A DNA stretch of 64,000 bases from Microbacteriaceae bacterium (lineage in GTDB: Bacteria; Actinomycetota; Actinomycetes; Actinomycetales; Microbacteriaceae). The first letter of the stretch is position 1. Every line of letters starts with the position of its first letter. Position numbers and translations under genes: made by a program. The notes under the pieces are model-generated. The model was not told where the DNA came from and made no database searches. It saw only the letters and a list, made by a program, of their open reading frames with translations. Below are positions 9,485 to 19,203 of this stretch, one piece after another. The DNA lies in NCBI GenBank assembly GCA_025464995.1, contig JAODMO010000063.1:1712-65711 (forward strand), read 5' to 3'.

Positions 9485-11416
9485 ATGAGCGACAAGTACG
9501 AGCGCCTGCTGGACTACCTCTCGCAGAGCGACACCCGCGTGACCGCGGCGGAGCTGGCGGAACACCTCGGTGTGACGACGCGCAGCGTGCGCAGCTATGT
9601 CACGGCGGCGAAGGCCGCGGCGCATCCTTTGAGCATCATCTCGTCGTCGACGACCGGGTACCGCCTCAACCGCGACGCGTACGCGAACTTCTCGAGCGGC
9701 GTCCGCGGACACGAGACCGACACGCCCCGCGACCGCGTGCACCACCTCGTTCGGCGTCTCACCGACGCGCCGAACGGCCTCGACATCCACGCCCTCGCCG
9801 ACAGCCTCTACGTGAGCGAGTCGACCATCGAGACCGACCTGCGCAAGGTCAAGGCCCTCGGCGAAGACGCCGGCCTCACCCTCAGCCGCCACGGCAGCGT
9901 CGTGACGCTCGCGGGCACCGAGGCGCAGTACCGGCGCGTGCTCAGCAAGATCTTCCGCAGCGAGAGCGCGCAGGGCTTCCTCGAACTCGAGACCGTGCAG
10001 CGCGAGTTCGTCTCCGAAGACCTCGGGGTGTTCAAGACCTCACTCATCGCCATGCTCGACTCGCAGGGCTACTTCGTCAACGAGTACGGCATCAACAGCG
10101 TGCTGCTCCACGTCGCGATCGCCGTCGACCGCGTCATCCGCAAGTCGTCGGATGACGCCGGCGCGGGAACGGTCGACGAGCCGGACCCGGCGGCGATCGT
10201 CGACTCCCCCGTCACTGCCGCCCTTGCCGACCTCACGCGCGAGCATTTCGGCGTCGCGCTCGACCGCACCGACCTCGACTACCTCGCGAAACTGCTCACG
10301 ACCCGGGTTATCACGCCCGGGCAGAACGAGCCGGTCAAGACGGTGATCGACAACTACGTCGTTCCCGAGCATCTCGACAGCGTGCGACGCATCGTGGGCC
10401 AGGTGGGCGAGGAGTACCTGCTCGACCTCGACGACGAGGCGTTCATGGTGCGGTTCGCGCTGCATGTGGGAAACCTCATCGCCCGGGCGAAGGACAACTC
10501 GTTCTCGCGCAACCCGCTCGTGCGCTCGATCAAGACGTCCTATCCGATGATCTACGACGTCGCGGTGTTCATCGCGAGCCAGATCCAGCGCGAGAAGTCG
10601 ATCACGATCAACGACGACGAGATCTCCTACATCGCCATGCACTTGGGCTCCCACCTCGAGCGCCAGTCGCGCCAGGAGGAGCGGCTCACCGTCGCGATCG
10701 TGTCACCCGGCTACTACGACATGCACGACATCCTGCGCCGCCACATCGAGAAGGCACTCGGCGACGAACTCTCGGTGGAGGTAGTCGTCACGCGCACCGA
10801 CGTCGACTGGACCGACTTCTCGACCGACCTCGTGCTCACCACGATCGCAGTCAAGCGTGCGAGCGACAACCTCGTCGTCATCCAGCCGTTCCTCACCGAG
10901 GGCGACATCGACAACATCCGACGCGCCATCTCGACCGTGCGAAGGCATCGCCGCCGGGCACGCATCAAGGGCGACCTGCTGCGCTACTTCGACGAGGCGC
11001 TTTTCCTGCGCAACGAGCAGGCCCCCGACGAGGCATCCATGATCCGGCGACTCGGCGACCTCATGCGCGAGCGCGGGATCATCGACGAGACCTACATCAC
11101 GGGCGCAATCGAGCGGGAGGCGCTGTCGTCGACCGCGTTCACCGAGTCGCTCGCGGTGCCGCACGCCATGGCGATGAGCGCCTCCCGAACATCGATCGCG
11201 ATCGCCGTCAACGAGACGGCCATGCCGTGGGGCGAGAATCGGGTCAACGTGATCGCACTCATCGCGTTCAGCGCGAGCGGACGGTCGTCGTTCCAGACGG
11301 TCTTCGACCAGTTCGTGGAGGTCTTCTCCGACCGCACCGAGGTGCTTGAGCTCATCCGTCGGTCGACCGGGTTCGCCGAGTTCATCGAAGAACTTGTCCG
11401 TGTGATCGACAAGTAG
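9485..11416 (+). CDS. PRD-domain transcriptional regulator (MtlR/LicR-type: HTH, Mga, two PRDs, EIIB, EIIA)
   Basis: N-terminal HTH, PRD histidines (ALHV, AMHL), C-terminal EIIA AVPHA; divergent from the mtl operon. Confidence 0.9.
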   Translation: MSDKYERLLDYLSQSDTRVTAAELAEHLGVTTRSVRSYVTAAKAAAHPLSIISSSTTGYRLNRDAYANFSSGVRGHETDTPRDRVHHLVRRLTDAPNGLDIHALADSLYVSESTIETDLRKVKALGEDAGLTLSRHGSVVTLAGTEAQYRRVLSKIFRSESAQGFLELETVQREFVSEDLGVFKTSLIAMLDSQGYFVNEYGINSVLLHVAIAVDRVIRKSSDDAGAGTVDEPDPAAIVDSPVTAALADLTREHFGVALDRTDLDYLAKLLTTRVITPGQNEPVKTVIDNYVVPEHLDSVRRIVGQVGEEYLLDLDDEAFMVRFALHVGNLIARAKDNSFSRNPLVRSIKTSYPMIYDVAVFIASQIQREKSITINDDEISYIAMHLGSHLERQSRQEERLTVAIVSPGYYDMHDILRRHIEKALGDELSVEVVVTRTDVDWTDFSTDLVLTTIAVKRASDNLVVIQPFLTEGDIDNIRRAISTVRRHRRRARIKGDLLRYFDEALFLRNEQAPDEASMIRRLGDLMRERGIIDETYITGAIEREALSSTAFTESLAVPHAMAMSASRTSIAIAVNETAMPWGENRVNVIALIAFSASGRSSFQTVFDQFVEVFSDRTEVLELIRRSTGFAEFIEELVRVIDK

Positions 11417-11494
11417 GTGCACGACGAGGGGTCTCGTGAGGCGTGCCTGAACCTGCCGGGTGCCGCCGAGACGGTCCCGATCGGGCCGGAGGCG
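11417..11494 (+). pseudogene. 5' remnant of an MmcQ/YjbR-family gene
   Basis: REACLNLPGAAETVPIGPE resembles the MmcQ/YjbR N-terminus (CLxLPGAxExxPFGPE); similarity ends before the terminator. Confidence 0.6.
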
Positions 11495-11537
11495 CCCGGC
11501 CATCCCGCGCAACCGCTGAGCCGGCACGGGCTTAAAC

Positions 11538-11575
11538 GAAGAAGTCCCGGCCTCTTGCGAGACCGGGACTTCTTC
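11538..11575. terminator. Hairpin terminator between the regulator gene and the tRNA
   Basis: GAAGAAGTCCCGG...CCGGGACTTCTTC inverted repeat. Confidence 0.8.
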
Positions 11576-11580
11576 TTCTG

Positions 11581-11654
11581 TTGCGGGGACAGGATTTGAA
11601 CCTGCGACCTCTGGGTTATGAGCCCAGCGAGCTACCGAACTGCTCCACCCCGCG
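11581..11654 (-). tRNA. Initiator tRNA-Met (CAT); CCA end not encoded
   Basis: CGCGGGGTGGAGCAGTTCGGTAGCTCGCTGGGCTCATAACCCAGAGGTCGCAGGTTCAAATCCTGTCCCCGCAA; C1:A72 mismatch and GGG/CCC anticodon stem. Confidence 0.97.
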
Positions 11655-11772
11655 CTGCAAGATCAACAATAGCACGGTATCCGGGCCGCGGGTTTCACGA
11701 GGGTTGAGCTGCCGGTTTCGATACGGCCGTGGCCGGCCTGCCCAACCGACCGGGCGGCGGTGGTCAGCCCGC

Positions 11773-12597
11773 TCATCCAGCTGTAGCAGGCTTGCTCGCG
11801 CCGATGCTCAGCGAGAGCGGCAGCCACTTCTCGGCCGGCCAGCCGAAGAGCCCGTCGCCGAGGGGCACGAGCGAGCCGAGCATCTTCCACGGCACTGCGT
11901 AGTGCTCGTGCAGGAAGTCGATGCGGAGGCCCGTGTCGAGCAACGCAGTGAGCGTCTCGCCGAGCGGGTGCGCCCACTCGAAGCTGCGCGTGTTGGTGAG
12001 CGTCGCGGCGTCGTCGGCGTCGCCGGTCGAGTAGTCCAGCACCTCGGGTGCACCATCCGAGTCGTATGGATGTCTCACCACGGGCACGGTGCCGTCGCCG
12101 TCCTCGAGCACCCAGGCCGACGGGTGACCGTCGGCGAAGTAGAGGCGCCCTCCGGGTTTGAGGTACCACTCGACGATGCGGGCCCATTCGGCGACGTCGG
12201 GAAGCCAGCCGATCGTGCCCCACGTCGTGTAGACGACGTCGAACGACTCGGGTTCCGGAATCGTGTGCCGCAGGTCGTAGACGTTCGCGATGACGAAACG
12301 CGCGCGGTCTGCGACGCCGATCTCGGCGGCGAGCGCGCGCGCCTGCAGGACAGCCGGCCTGGACAAGTCGACCCCGACGACGGTCGCACCCCGCTGGGCG
12401 AGCACGAGTGTGTCGGCACCGAAGTGGCACTGCAGGTGCAGCACCCGCTTGCCTTCGAACCCCTCGGGGAAGCAGCGGGGAAGCTCGTCCTCCTCGATCG
12501 CGCACAGGGCGCCGTTGCCGGCACGCAGCCTCGACTGGTCGTTGGCGTCGAGCCACTCGCCGGAGCGCAGACGCGCGTGCTCCGGCGAGTCGCTCAC
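11773..12597 (-). CDS. Class I SAM-dependent methyltransferase
   Basis: VLHLQCHFGADT, GVDLS, FDVVYT and LKPGG motifs. Confidence 0.88.
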   Translation of the reverse strand: MSDSPEHARLRSGEWLDANDQSRLRAGNGALCAIEEDELPRCFPEGFEGKRVLHLQCHFGADTLVLAQRGATVVGVDLSRPAVLQARALAAEIGVADRARFVIANVYDLRHTIPEPESFDVVYTTWGTIGWLPDVAEWARIVEWYLKPGGRLYFADGHPSAWVLEDGDGTVPVVRHPYDSDGAPEVLDYSTGDADDAATLTNTRSFEWAHPLGETLTALLDTGLRIDFLHEHYAVPWKMLGSLVPLGDGLFGWPAEKWLPLSLSIGASKPATAG

Positions 12598-12599
12598 CC

Positions 12600-15506
12600 C
12601 TACTCGCCGCTCGCGGCCAGGGCCGCCGTGAGTGCCGCGGTGAGACGCTCGTCGGCCTGGGCGGCCGCGACGAGGTCGTTGGCCGCGTAGGCCGCAGTGC
12701 GGTCTGCAAAGGCCTTCTTAGCGTCGGCGAGAGCCGCGGTGAGGGCAGCCTGGTCGGTCACGCCGGTTCCGCCACCAGCATCCGGGGTCGTCGGGGTTCC
12801 CGGGTCCGTGGGCGTCGGCGTCGGCGCCGCAGGGTCCGGTGTCACCACGGTTCCACCGTCGCCGGCGTTGGCCCCCGAGTCACCGCCGAAGAGGGCGTCG
12901 AGCGCCTCGTCGAGGGTGTCTTCGAACGCGATCTGGTCTCCAAAGCCGACGAGCACCTTGCGCAGCAGTGGATAACTCGTGCCACTCGTCGACTGCACGT
13001 AGACAGGCTGCACATAGAGCAGACCTCCGCCGACGGGCAGCGTCAGCAGGTTGCCCTGGATCGCCTCCGTGTCACCGCGTTGCAGCAGCGCGAGCTGGCT
13101 GGCGACCTCCGTGTCGGAGTTGAAGCTGTTCTGCACCTGCCCGGGGCCGGGCACCGTGTCCTGGCCCGGCAGGGTCAGGAGCGTGAGTTTGCCGTAGTCC
13201 GGGCCCGCGTCGGAGTTCACCGCCAGGTATCCGCTGAGCACGCTGCTGCTCGAGGTCGCAGCGGCACGCGGAATGTATGTCGAGTAGAGGGTGAAGGCCG
13301 AGGCATCCGTCCCCGGCACCTGCATCGTCAGGTAGTACGGCGGCTGCAGTGTCGGGTTCGTCGCGGGTGATGTGGGGTCGTCCGGCGTCACCCACTGGTC
13401 GTTGCCCGAGAAGAAGGTGTTCGGGTCGGTGACGTGGTACGAACCAAGGATGGCGCGCTGTACCTTGAACAGGTCGGACGGGTACCGCACGTGGCTCAGC
13501 AGCTCGGCGTCCATGGAGTCGGACGACTTGAGAGTGGTCGGGAAGATCTTCTGCCAGGTCTTGAGGATGGGGTCTTCCGTGTCCCAGGCGTAGAGCGTCA
13601 CCTTGCCGCTGTACGCGTCGACTGTCGCCTTGACCGAGTTTCGAATGTAGTTGAGGTCGTCGACCGCGTACGGCAACGGCTGCGTGTTGGTGTCGACGAT
13701 CGTGTCGCTCAGCGTCTCCACCTGCGAGTACGGGTAGTTGGTCGTCGTGGTGTATCCGTCGACGATCCAGACGACCTTGCCGTCGACGACGGCGGGATAG
13801 GTGTCGGTGTCCAGCGTCAAGTACGGCGCGACCTTGCCGACGCGCTCGATCGGGTCGCGGTCGTAGAGGATCTGCGACTTGTTCGTGACGGCGTTGGACA
13901 GGAAGATCTGCTCCGACTGGAACTTGATCGCGTAGACCAGCTTGTTGAAGATGTTGTCGAGCTTCGGCCCGCCGTTCCCGTCGAATGTCGTGGTGGTGTT
14001 CGACGCGTTCTCATCCTCACCCGACGGGTAGTCGAGCTCGATCGCCTTCGCTCCCTCGGGGGCGCCGACGATGGAATACGCGGGTGACGACTCACCGAAG
14101 TAGATCCGGGGCTCGTCGATGCCGAGCGCGCCCGTCGACGGGATGCCCGACTGGAGGAACACCGGCTGGCCGTCGGTCGTGCGCTGGTTGCCGTAGGCGG
14201 CGACCACGCCGTAGCCGTGGGTGTAGACGAACGCGTTGCTGTAGGGCGTCTGCGAATCGCCGAGGCCCTCCTGGTCGAGCTCGCGCACGGCGATGACGGT
14301 GTCTTGCACCGTTCCGTCGATGTTGTAGCGGTCGACGTCGAGGTGCGGGGAGAACTGGTAGTACTGCTTGAACCGCTCGAGCTGGGCGAACGAGTCGGAG
14401 ACGAGCGCGGGATCGATGATGCGGATGTTGGCGGTGGTCTCCGCGTCGGCGCGCAGTGCACCGGCCTCGGCATCCGTCGTCGCGTTGTAGGGAAGCTCCG
14501 ACACCGTGTCGACGCCGTAGGCGGCCCGTGTCGCGTCGATGCTGCGCTCGATATAGGGGGCCTCGAGGCTGCGAGCGCTCGGCTCGACCTGGAAGCGCTG
14601 CACGATCCAGGGGTAGACGCCGCCGAGGATGAGGCCGGTGACGAGGAGAAGGGCCGTGCCGATGACGGGGAGGCGCCAGCGGCCGATGATCGCGGTGACG
14701 ATGAAGAGCACCGCGACGAGCGCGGCGACGATGGCGAGGATGGCGCGGCCGGGAATGGTCGCCTGGGTCTCCGTGAAGCCGGCACCCGTGCGGAGGTAGC
14801 CGGCGCCGGCGGAGGTCAGCGTCGAGTACTGGTCGAGCCAGATGCTCACGGCCTGCAGGGCGATGTAGACGGCCGCAATGACGGCGACCTGGATGCGCGC
14901 GGTGCGCGAGATGCGCACCTCACGGCCGGACACGCGGATGGCGCCGTAGAGGTAGGACGTGGCGAGCGCGGCGATGCCGGCGAGGAGCACGACGGCGGAG
15001 GCGTATGCCGCGACGCCCTGGTAGAACGGCAGCTCGAAGACGTAGAACGACACGTCGAGACCGAACTGCGGGTCTTTCTCGCCGAACGGGGTGCGGTTGA
15101 GGTACTGGAGCACGACCGGCCAACGCGTCGCGGCCGAGACTCCGGTGAAGAGGCCGAGCACCGCGGGGATACCGAACATCGCGAGGCGTCGCAGCGGCTC
15201 GATCACCTGCTGGTAGCGGTCGAGCTGGGAGTTCAGCTTGGCGTAGACGGGGCGGGCGCGGAACGCGATCTCGATGCTTAGCCACACGGGCACGGCCATG
15301 GCGAGGAAGCCGACGACGAACATCGCGGCGGTCGAGAACCACTGCGTGGTCAGCACCTGGAGGAAGCCGAGCTGGTCGAACCACAGCACGTCGGCGTACA
15401 GGCCGGCCGCGATGAAGAAGATCACCACCAGTACGGCGAGAATCGCGGCGGTGATGGCGAGGGTGACCCTCGTTTTGCTGACGGGTGGATGTGCTGTGGA
15501 AGTCAA
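12600..15506 (-). CDS. UPF0182 family membrane protein
   Basis: 968 aa, N-terminal TMs, YTHGYG, NYIRNSVKATVDAY and YVQPVY motifs. Confidence 0.95.
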   Translation of the reverse strand: MTSTAHPPVSKTRVTLAITAAILAVLVVIFFIAAGLYADVLWFDQLGFLQVLTTQWFSTAAMFVVGFLAMAVPVWLSIEIAFRARPVYAKLNSQLDRYQQVIEPLRRLAMFGIPAVLGLFTGVSAATRWPVVLQYLNRTPFGEKDPQFGLDVSFYVFELPFYQGVAAYASAVVLLAGIAALATSYLYGAIRVSGREVRISRTARIQVAVIAAVYIALQAVSIWLDQYSTLTSAGAGYLRTGAGFTETQATIPGRAILAIVAALVAVLFIVTAIIGRWRLPVIGTALLLVTGLILGGVYPWIVQRFQVEPSARSLEAPYIERSIDATRAAYGVDTVSELPYNATTDAEAGALRADAETTANIRIIDPALVSDSFAQLERFKQYYQFSPHLDVDRYNIDGTVQDTVIAVRELDQEGLGDSQTPYSNAFVYTHGYGVVAAYGNQRTTDGQPVFLQSGIPSTGALGIDEPRIYFGESSPAYSIVGAPEGAKAIELDYPSGEDENASNTTTTFDGNGGPKLDNIFNKLVYAIKFQSEQIFLSNAVTNKSQILYDRDPIERVGKVAPYLTLDTDTYPAVVDGKVVWIVDGYTTTTNYPYSQVETLSDTIVDTNTQPLPYAVDDLNYIRNSVKATVDAYSGKVTLYAWDTEDPILKTWQKIFPTTLKSSDSMDAELLSHVRYPSDLFKVQRAILGSYHVTDPNTFFSGNDQWVTPDDPTSPATNPTLQPPYYLTMQVPGTDASAFTLYSTYIPRAAATSSSSVLSGYLAVNSDAGPDYGKLTLLTLPGQDTVPGPGQVQNSFNSDTEVASQLALLQRGDTEAIQGNLLTLPVGGGLLYVQPVYVQSTSGTSYPLLRKVLVGFGDQIAFEDTLDEALDALFGGDSGANAGDGGTVVTPDPAAPTPTPTDPGTPTTPDAGGGTGVTDQAALTAALADAKKAFADRTAAYAANDLVAAAQADERLTAALTAALAASGE

Positions 15507-15600
15507 GCGACTGCTCCTGGCCTTGGTGATCGGTCAGGGCCATCTTAACCGAGCGGCCTGAGCAACCGCCGACGCGCGTCGCCCGGTTGGGGGGCTACTC

Positions 15601-16710
15601 TCAGGCGCACCTCGGCAGGCTCGCCGTTGAGGTGCCGTCGGCGACCGCCTCGAGGGCGGCCAGCGAGTCGGACAGCTTCGCGACGGCGAACACCGTGAGG
15701 CCATCGGGGATGTGATCGACGACCTCGTCGCAGTTGCCTGCGGGTGCGAGGAAGTACTCGGCGCCGGCACGCTCGGCCCCGTACATCTTCTGGCGGATAC
15801 CGCCGATCGGGCCGACCGTCCCGTCGCCCGTGATGGTGCCCGTGCCCGCGATCTCCTTGCCACCCGTCAACTCCCCCGGGGTCAGCTTGTCGATGATTCC
15901 GAGGGCGAACATCTGGCCGGCGCTCGGACCGCCGACCTTCTCGAGTTGGATGGTCACGTCGAGGGGGAAGTCGAAGTCGCCGCTGACGGTGATGCCCAGG
16001 ACGGGGACGGATGCCTGGCCGCCGCCGCTCATCACCGGGGTGATGTCGAGCGTCTGCTCGACACCGTCCCGCACCACGACGACGGCTGCCGGCTGGTCGA
16101 TGCCGTTCGCGGCGATGGCCGACTTCAGGCCCGTGACATCCGTGAAGGTCTGCCCGTTGACGCTGAGGATGGTGTCGCCGACCTCGAGCTCGCCCTCGGC
16201 GGGGAGCCCCTTGCTGATGTTCGCGACCTCGAGGCTGGTCGTGAAGTCGTAGTCGAGCTCGGTGAGCGCCGCCGCCACGGCCTCCTGCTGCGAGTTCTGC
16301 ATCTCGACCCGACTCTGCTCGTTGGACTGCTCAACCGTCACACCGGCGGGGTAGACCGAGTCGAGGGGCACGACCGCCTTGCTCGAGTCGAACCACGCGG
16401 TCGCGACCTGGAACCAGTTGAGGCGGTTCTCCCGGTTTCCGCTGATGGAGACGGTGAGCATGTTGAGCGAGCCGCTAGTCGGGAACGTCTCGGCGTCTCC
16501 GATATCGATGAGCGGAACCGACTCGCCACCCACCTCCACCTCGCCGAGGGTATCGAACACCGGGCCCGGCTGCTCGATCACGTACGGCGACGGCACGAGC
16601 GCGACGACGATCGTGGCGAGCATCGCGAGAACGATGAGCGACCAGCCGATGGACGAGGCGCGCGAACGGCGCGGCCGATCGATCGGGTCAGAATCCGCGA
16701 AGAGCGACAC
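15601..16710 (-). CDS. PDZ-domain Lon-like S16 serine protease (YlbL-type)
   Basis: N-terminal TM, PDZ, GGPSAG and IGGIRQK Ser-Lys dyad; GTG after an AAGGA SD. Confidence 0.92.
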   Translation of the reverse strand: MSLFADSDPIDRPRRSRASSIGWSLIVLAMLATIVVALVPSPYVIEQPGPVFDTLGEVEVGGESVPLIDIGDAETFPTSGSLNMLTVSISGNRENRLNWFQVATAWFDSSKAVVPLDSVYPAGVTVEQSNEQSRVEMQNSQQEAVAAALTELDYDFTTSLEVANISKGLPAEGELEVGDTILSVNGQTFTDVTGLKSAIAANGIDQPAAVVVVRDGVEQTLDITPVMSGGGQASVPVLGITVSGDFDFPLDVTIQLEKVGGPSAGQMFALGIIDKLTPGELTGGKEIAGTGTITGDGTVGPIGGIRQKMYGAERAGAEYFLAPAGNCDEVVDHIPDGLTVFAVAKLSDSLAALEAVADGTSTASLPRCA

Positions 16711-16829
16711 CGGAGTCCTTAGTTTGTGAAGCGAGCTGACGGAGATGTTCGCCACGGGCGCACAGCCAGGGGATCCAGCCTAGGCGAAAACCCAGTCCCA
16801 CCGACCACGCAGCGGCTAGCGTAGTTCGC

Positions 16830-18194
16830 ATGCCTGAAGATCCGCGGGACGAACCCGAAGAGCAATTCCGCGAGATGCTGCGCGCCTTCCTCGAGGGGAA
16901 CACCGACATCGATCCGAGCAAGTTGGCGAGCGCCGCCGGGCTGGGCGACGACCCCGCGCTCGTCGCCCAACTCATCGCCCAGCTGCAGAATGCGCTGCGG
17001 TCGAGCGGCGAGGGGATCAACTGGGATCTCGCTCTCGAGCAGGCCAGGAACCTCGCCTCCCGCACCACGGTGGTCTCCCTGCCGTCCGAGCGCTCGCAGC
17101 TCGACCAGGCGTTCCACATCGCATCGCTGTGGCTCGCCGAGGCGACGGAGATTTCCGAATTGACGGTGCCGCCACGGCTGATGAGCCGCACGGAGTGGGT
17201 CAGCGCGACCATGCCCGTGTGGATCCAGCTCGCCGAGCCCGTCGCCTCGAGCATCGCCGACTCCCTCACTGCCGTGCTCACGGAGCAGGCGCCCGAGGAG
17301 ATGACCGACATGATCGCCGGCGCGAGTCAGCTCATGCGCAACGTCGGCGGCACGCTCTTCGCCATGCAGCTCGGCCAGGTTGTCGGACAGCTCTCGAGCG
17401 AGGTCGTCTCCGGCGGAGACATCGGCATTCCGCTCCTCGGCGCCCTCGGTGGCGACGACCGGCATGCTTCCGACCAGCAGGCGGCGATGATCCCGCAGAA
17501 CGTGGCCGCCTTCGCCACGGGGCTCGACGTGCCCGTCGACCAGGTGCAGCTCTACCTCGCGGTTCGCGAGCTTGCCCACGCCAGGCTCTTCCGGCACGCG
17601 AAGTGGCTCCGGCTCCAGCTCATGACGTCGATCACCGAGTTCGCCCGTGGCATCCGCATCGACACCAGCCGGCTCGAAGAGCTGGCATCCGACTTCGACC
17701 CGGCGAACCCCGAGGAGCTGCGGTCGGCACTGACGAGCGGCGCGCTCATTCCACCGAAGTCCGACGAGCAGCTCGCGGCCCTCGGCCGACTCGAGACGAC
17801 GCTCGCGCTCATCGAAGGCTGGGTAGATGTCGTCACCGCGCAGGCCACCTCGCGCCTCCCCACGAGCGCGGCCATCGCCGAGACCGTGCGTCGTCGTCGG
17901 GCGTCCGGCGGCCCGGCAGAGTCGGCGTTCGCCACGCTCGTCGGACTCGAGCTGCGGCCGCGACGCCTGCGTGAAGCGGCAGCGATGTGGCAGCAGGTGA
18001 CGAACGCCGTCGGGGCAGAGGCCCGCGACGACCTGTGGTCGCATCCCGACCTCGTGCCCACCGCCGAGGACATCACGGATGCCGCGGCCCTCGTCGCCCG
18101 CCTGCAGGCCGGTGCCCCCGCGCCCGACGATATCGACCAGGCCATCGAGAACCTCCTCAACGACGACACCACAGACCGGCCGCACGAGGGCTGA
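16830..18194 (+). CDS. Zincin-like putative hydrolase (DUF2342/Rv3195-like)
   Basis: RELAHARLF, LIEGWVD and GLELRPRRLREA motifs; conserved position divergent from ylbL. Confidence 0.88.
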   Translation: MPEDPRDEPEEQFREMLRAFLEGNTDIDPSKLASAAGLGDDPALVAQLIAQLQNALRSSGEGINWDLALEQARNLASRTTVVSLPSERSQLDQAFHIASLWLAEATEISELTVPPRLMSRTEWVSATMPVWIQLAEPVASSIADSLTAVLTEQAPEEMTDMIAGASQLMRNVGGTLFAMQLGQVVGQLSSEVVSGGDIGIPLLGALGGDDRHASDQQAAMIPQNVAAFATGLDVPVDQVQLYLAVRELAHARLFRHAKWLRLQLMTSITEFARGIRIDTSRLEELASDFDPANPEELRSALTSGALIPPKSDEQLAALGRLETTLALIEGWVDVVTAQATSRLPTSAAIAETVRRRRASGGPAESAFATLVGLELRPRRLREAAAMWQQVTNAVGAEARDDLWSHPDLVPTAEDITDAAALVARLQAGAPAPDDIDQAIENLLNDDTTDRPHEG

Positions 18195-18273
18195 CCGGCC
18201 GCTGGTGCGCGCCGCTATCGCCGCGTGTGGATTACTCGCGCGGCACGGCGGCGGTCGTGGCACCCTCGTGCCC

Positions 18274-19203
18274 ATGGTGCTCAAACTCGATCCGCTGTAT
18301 CCGCTCGTCTGGCGCTCCCCCACGAGCCTGCAGCTCGGTGTCGCATCCCCGGTGGTGGTGCTCGACGACGTGACCCCGTCGGACGAACGCCTTATCGCCG
18401 CGCTCAGTGTCGGGGTCAGCCGCCCCGGACTCACCATGATCGGCCGCGCCGCCGGGGCGAGCGACCCCTCGGTCGCGAGCCTGCTCGACCTGCTGGCGCC
18501 GGCCCTCGCCACCCCGTCGTCCCCGCCGGCCGCGGCGGTGACGATCGCCGGCAGCGGCATCACCGTCGACCGCACGGCCGAGGCGCTCGCGGCGGGCGGC
18601 ATCAACGTGCACGTCGCGACCGACGTCGAAGCGGCGGCGCACGAGCCGTGCGACTTCGCCATCGCCGTCGGGCACTTCGTGCTCGCACCGGAACTGCACG
18701 GCCTGTGGCTGCGGCGCGACGTTCCGCACCTGCCGGTCGTCTTCAGCGACACAACGGTCGACGTCGGCCCGATCATCGAGCCGGGACACGGACCGTGCCT
18801 GTACTGCCTGCAGCGCTACCGCACCGACGCCGACCCGTCGTGGCCGGCGATCTCTGCGCAACTGTGGGGGCGCCGCGGCAGCGCGGAGACCCCGCTCGCG
18901 GCGAGCGAGGTCGCGGCACTCGTGAGCCGCATGACGCTCGCGCGGCTGAGCGCCCGGGGCCCAGCATCCGAAAGCCTGTCGACGGAGATCGACCTGGCGT
19001 CGGGCGACCGGAAATCGAATACGCATCACGCGCACCCGCGGTGCGGCTGCTCCGGCATCGACGGCGGCGAGGCGGCGGACGAGCTCAGCGCTGCAGTTCG
19101 GCGAGGAAGCGACTCGCCTGGCGCTGGCCGGGGCGGAACGAGCCGCCCGTGTTCGTCCCCGTCGCGGCCCACGACAGGCTCAGCCTCCGCCTGGCCCGCG
19201 TGA
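18274..19203 (+). CDS. ThiF/E1-like, TOMM-scaffold-like protein (Rv3196-like)
   Basis: VPHLPV...VGPIIEPGHGPCLYC and HPRCGC zinc motifs. Confidence 0.72.
   Translation: MVLKLDPLYPLVWRSPTSLQLGVASPVVVLDDVTPSDERLIAALSVGVSRPGLTMIGRAAGASDPSVASLLDLLAPALATPSSPPAAAVTIAGSGITVDRTAEALAAGGINVHVATDVEAAAHEPCDFAIAVGHFVLAPELHGLWLRRDVPHLPVVFSDTTVDVGPIIEPGHGPCLYCLQRYRTDADPSWPAISAQLWGRRGSAETPLAASEVAALVSRMTLARLSARGPASESLSTEIDLASGDRKSNTHHAHPRCGCSGIDGGEAADELSAAVRRGSDSPGAGRGGTSRPCSSPSRPTTGSASAWPA

Noticed and set aside
11417-11700. Prophage or integrative element at tRNA-Met
   Set aside because: No integrase, no duplicated tRNA 3' end and no evident compositional shift.
18274-19203. TOMM/RiPP biosynthetic gene cluster
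   Set aside because: No YcaO, dehydrogenase, precursor or exporter; the gene sits in a conserved core actinobacterial neighbourhood.
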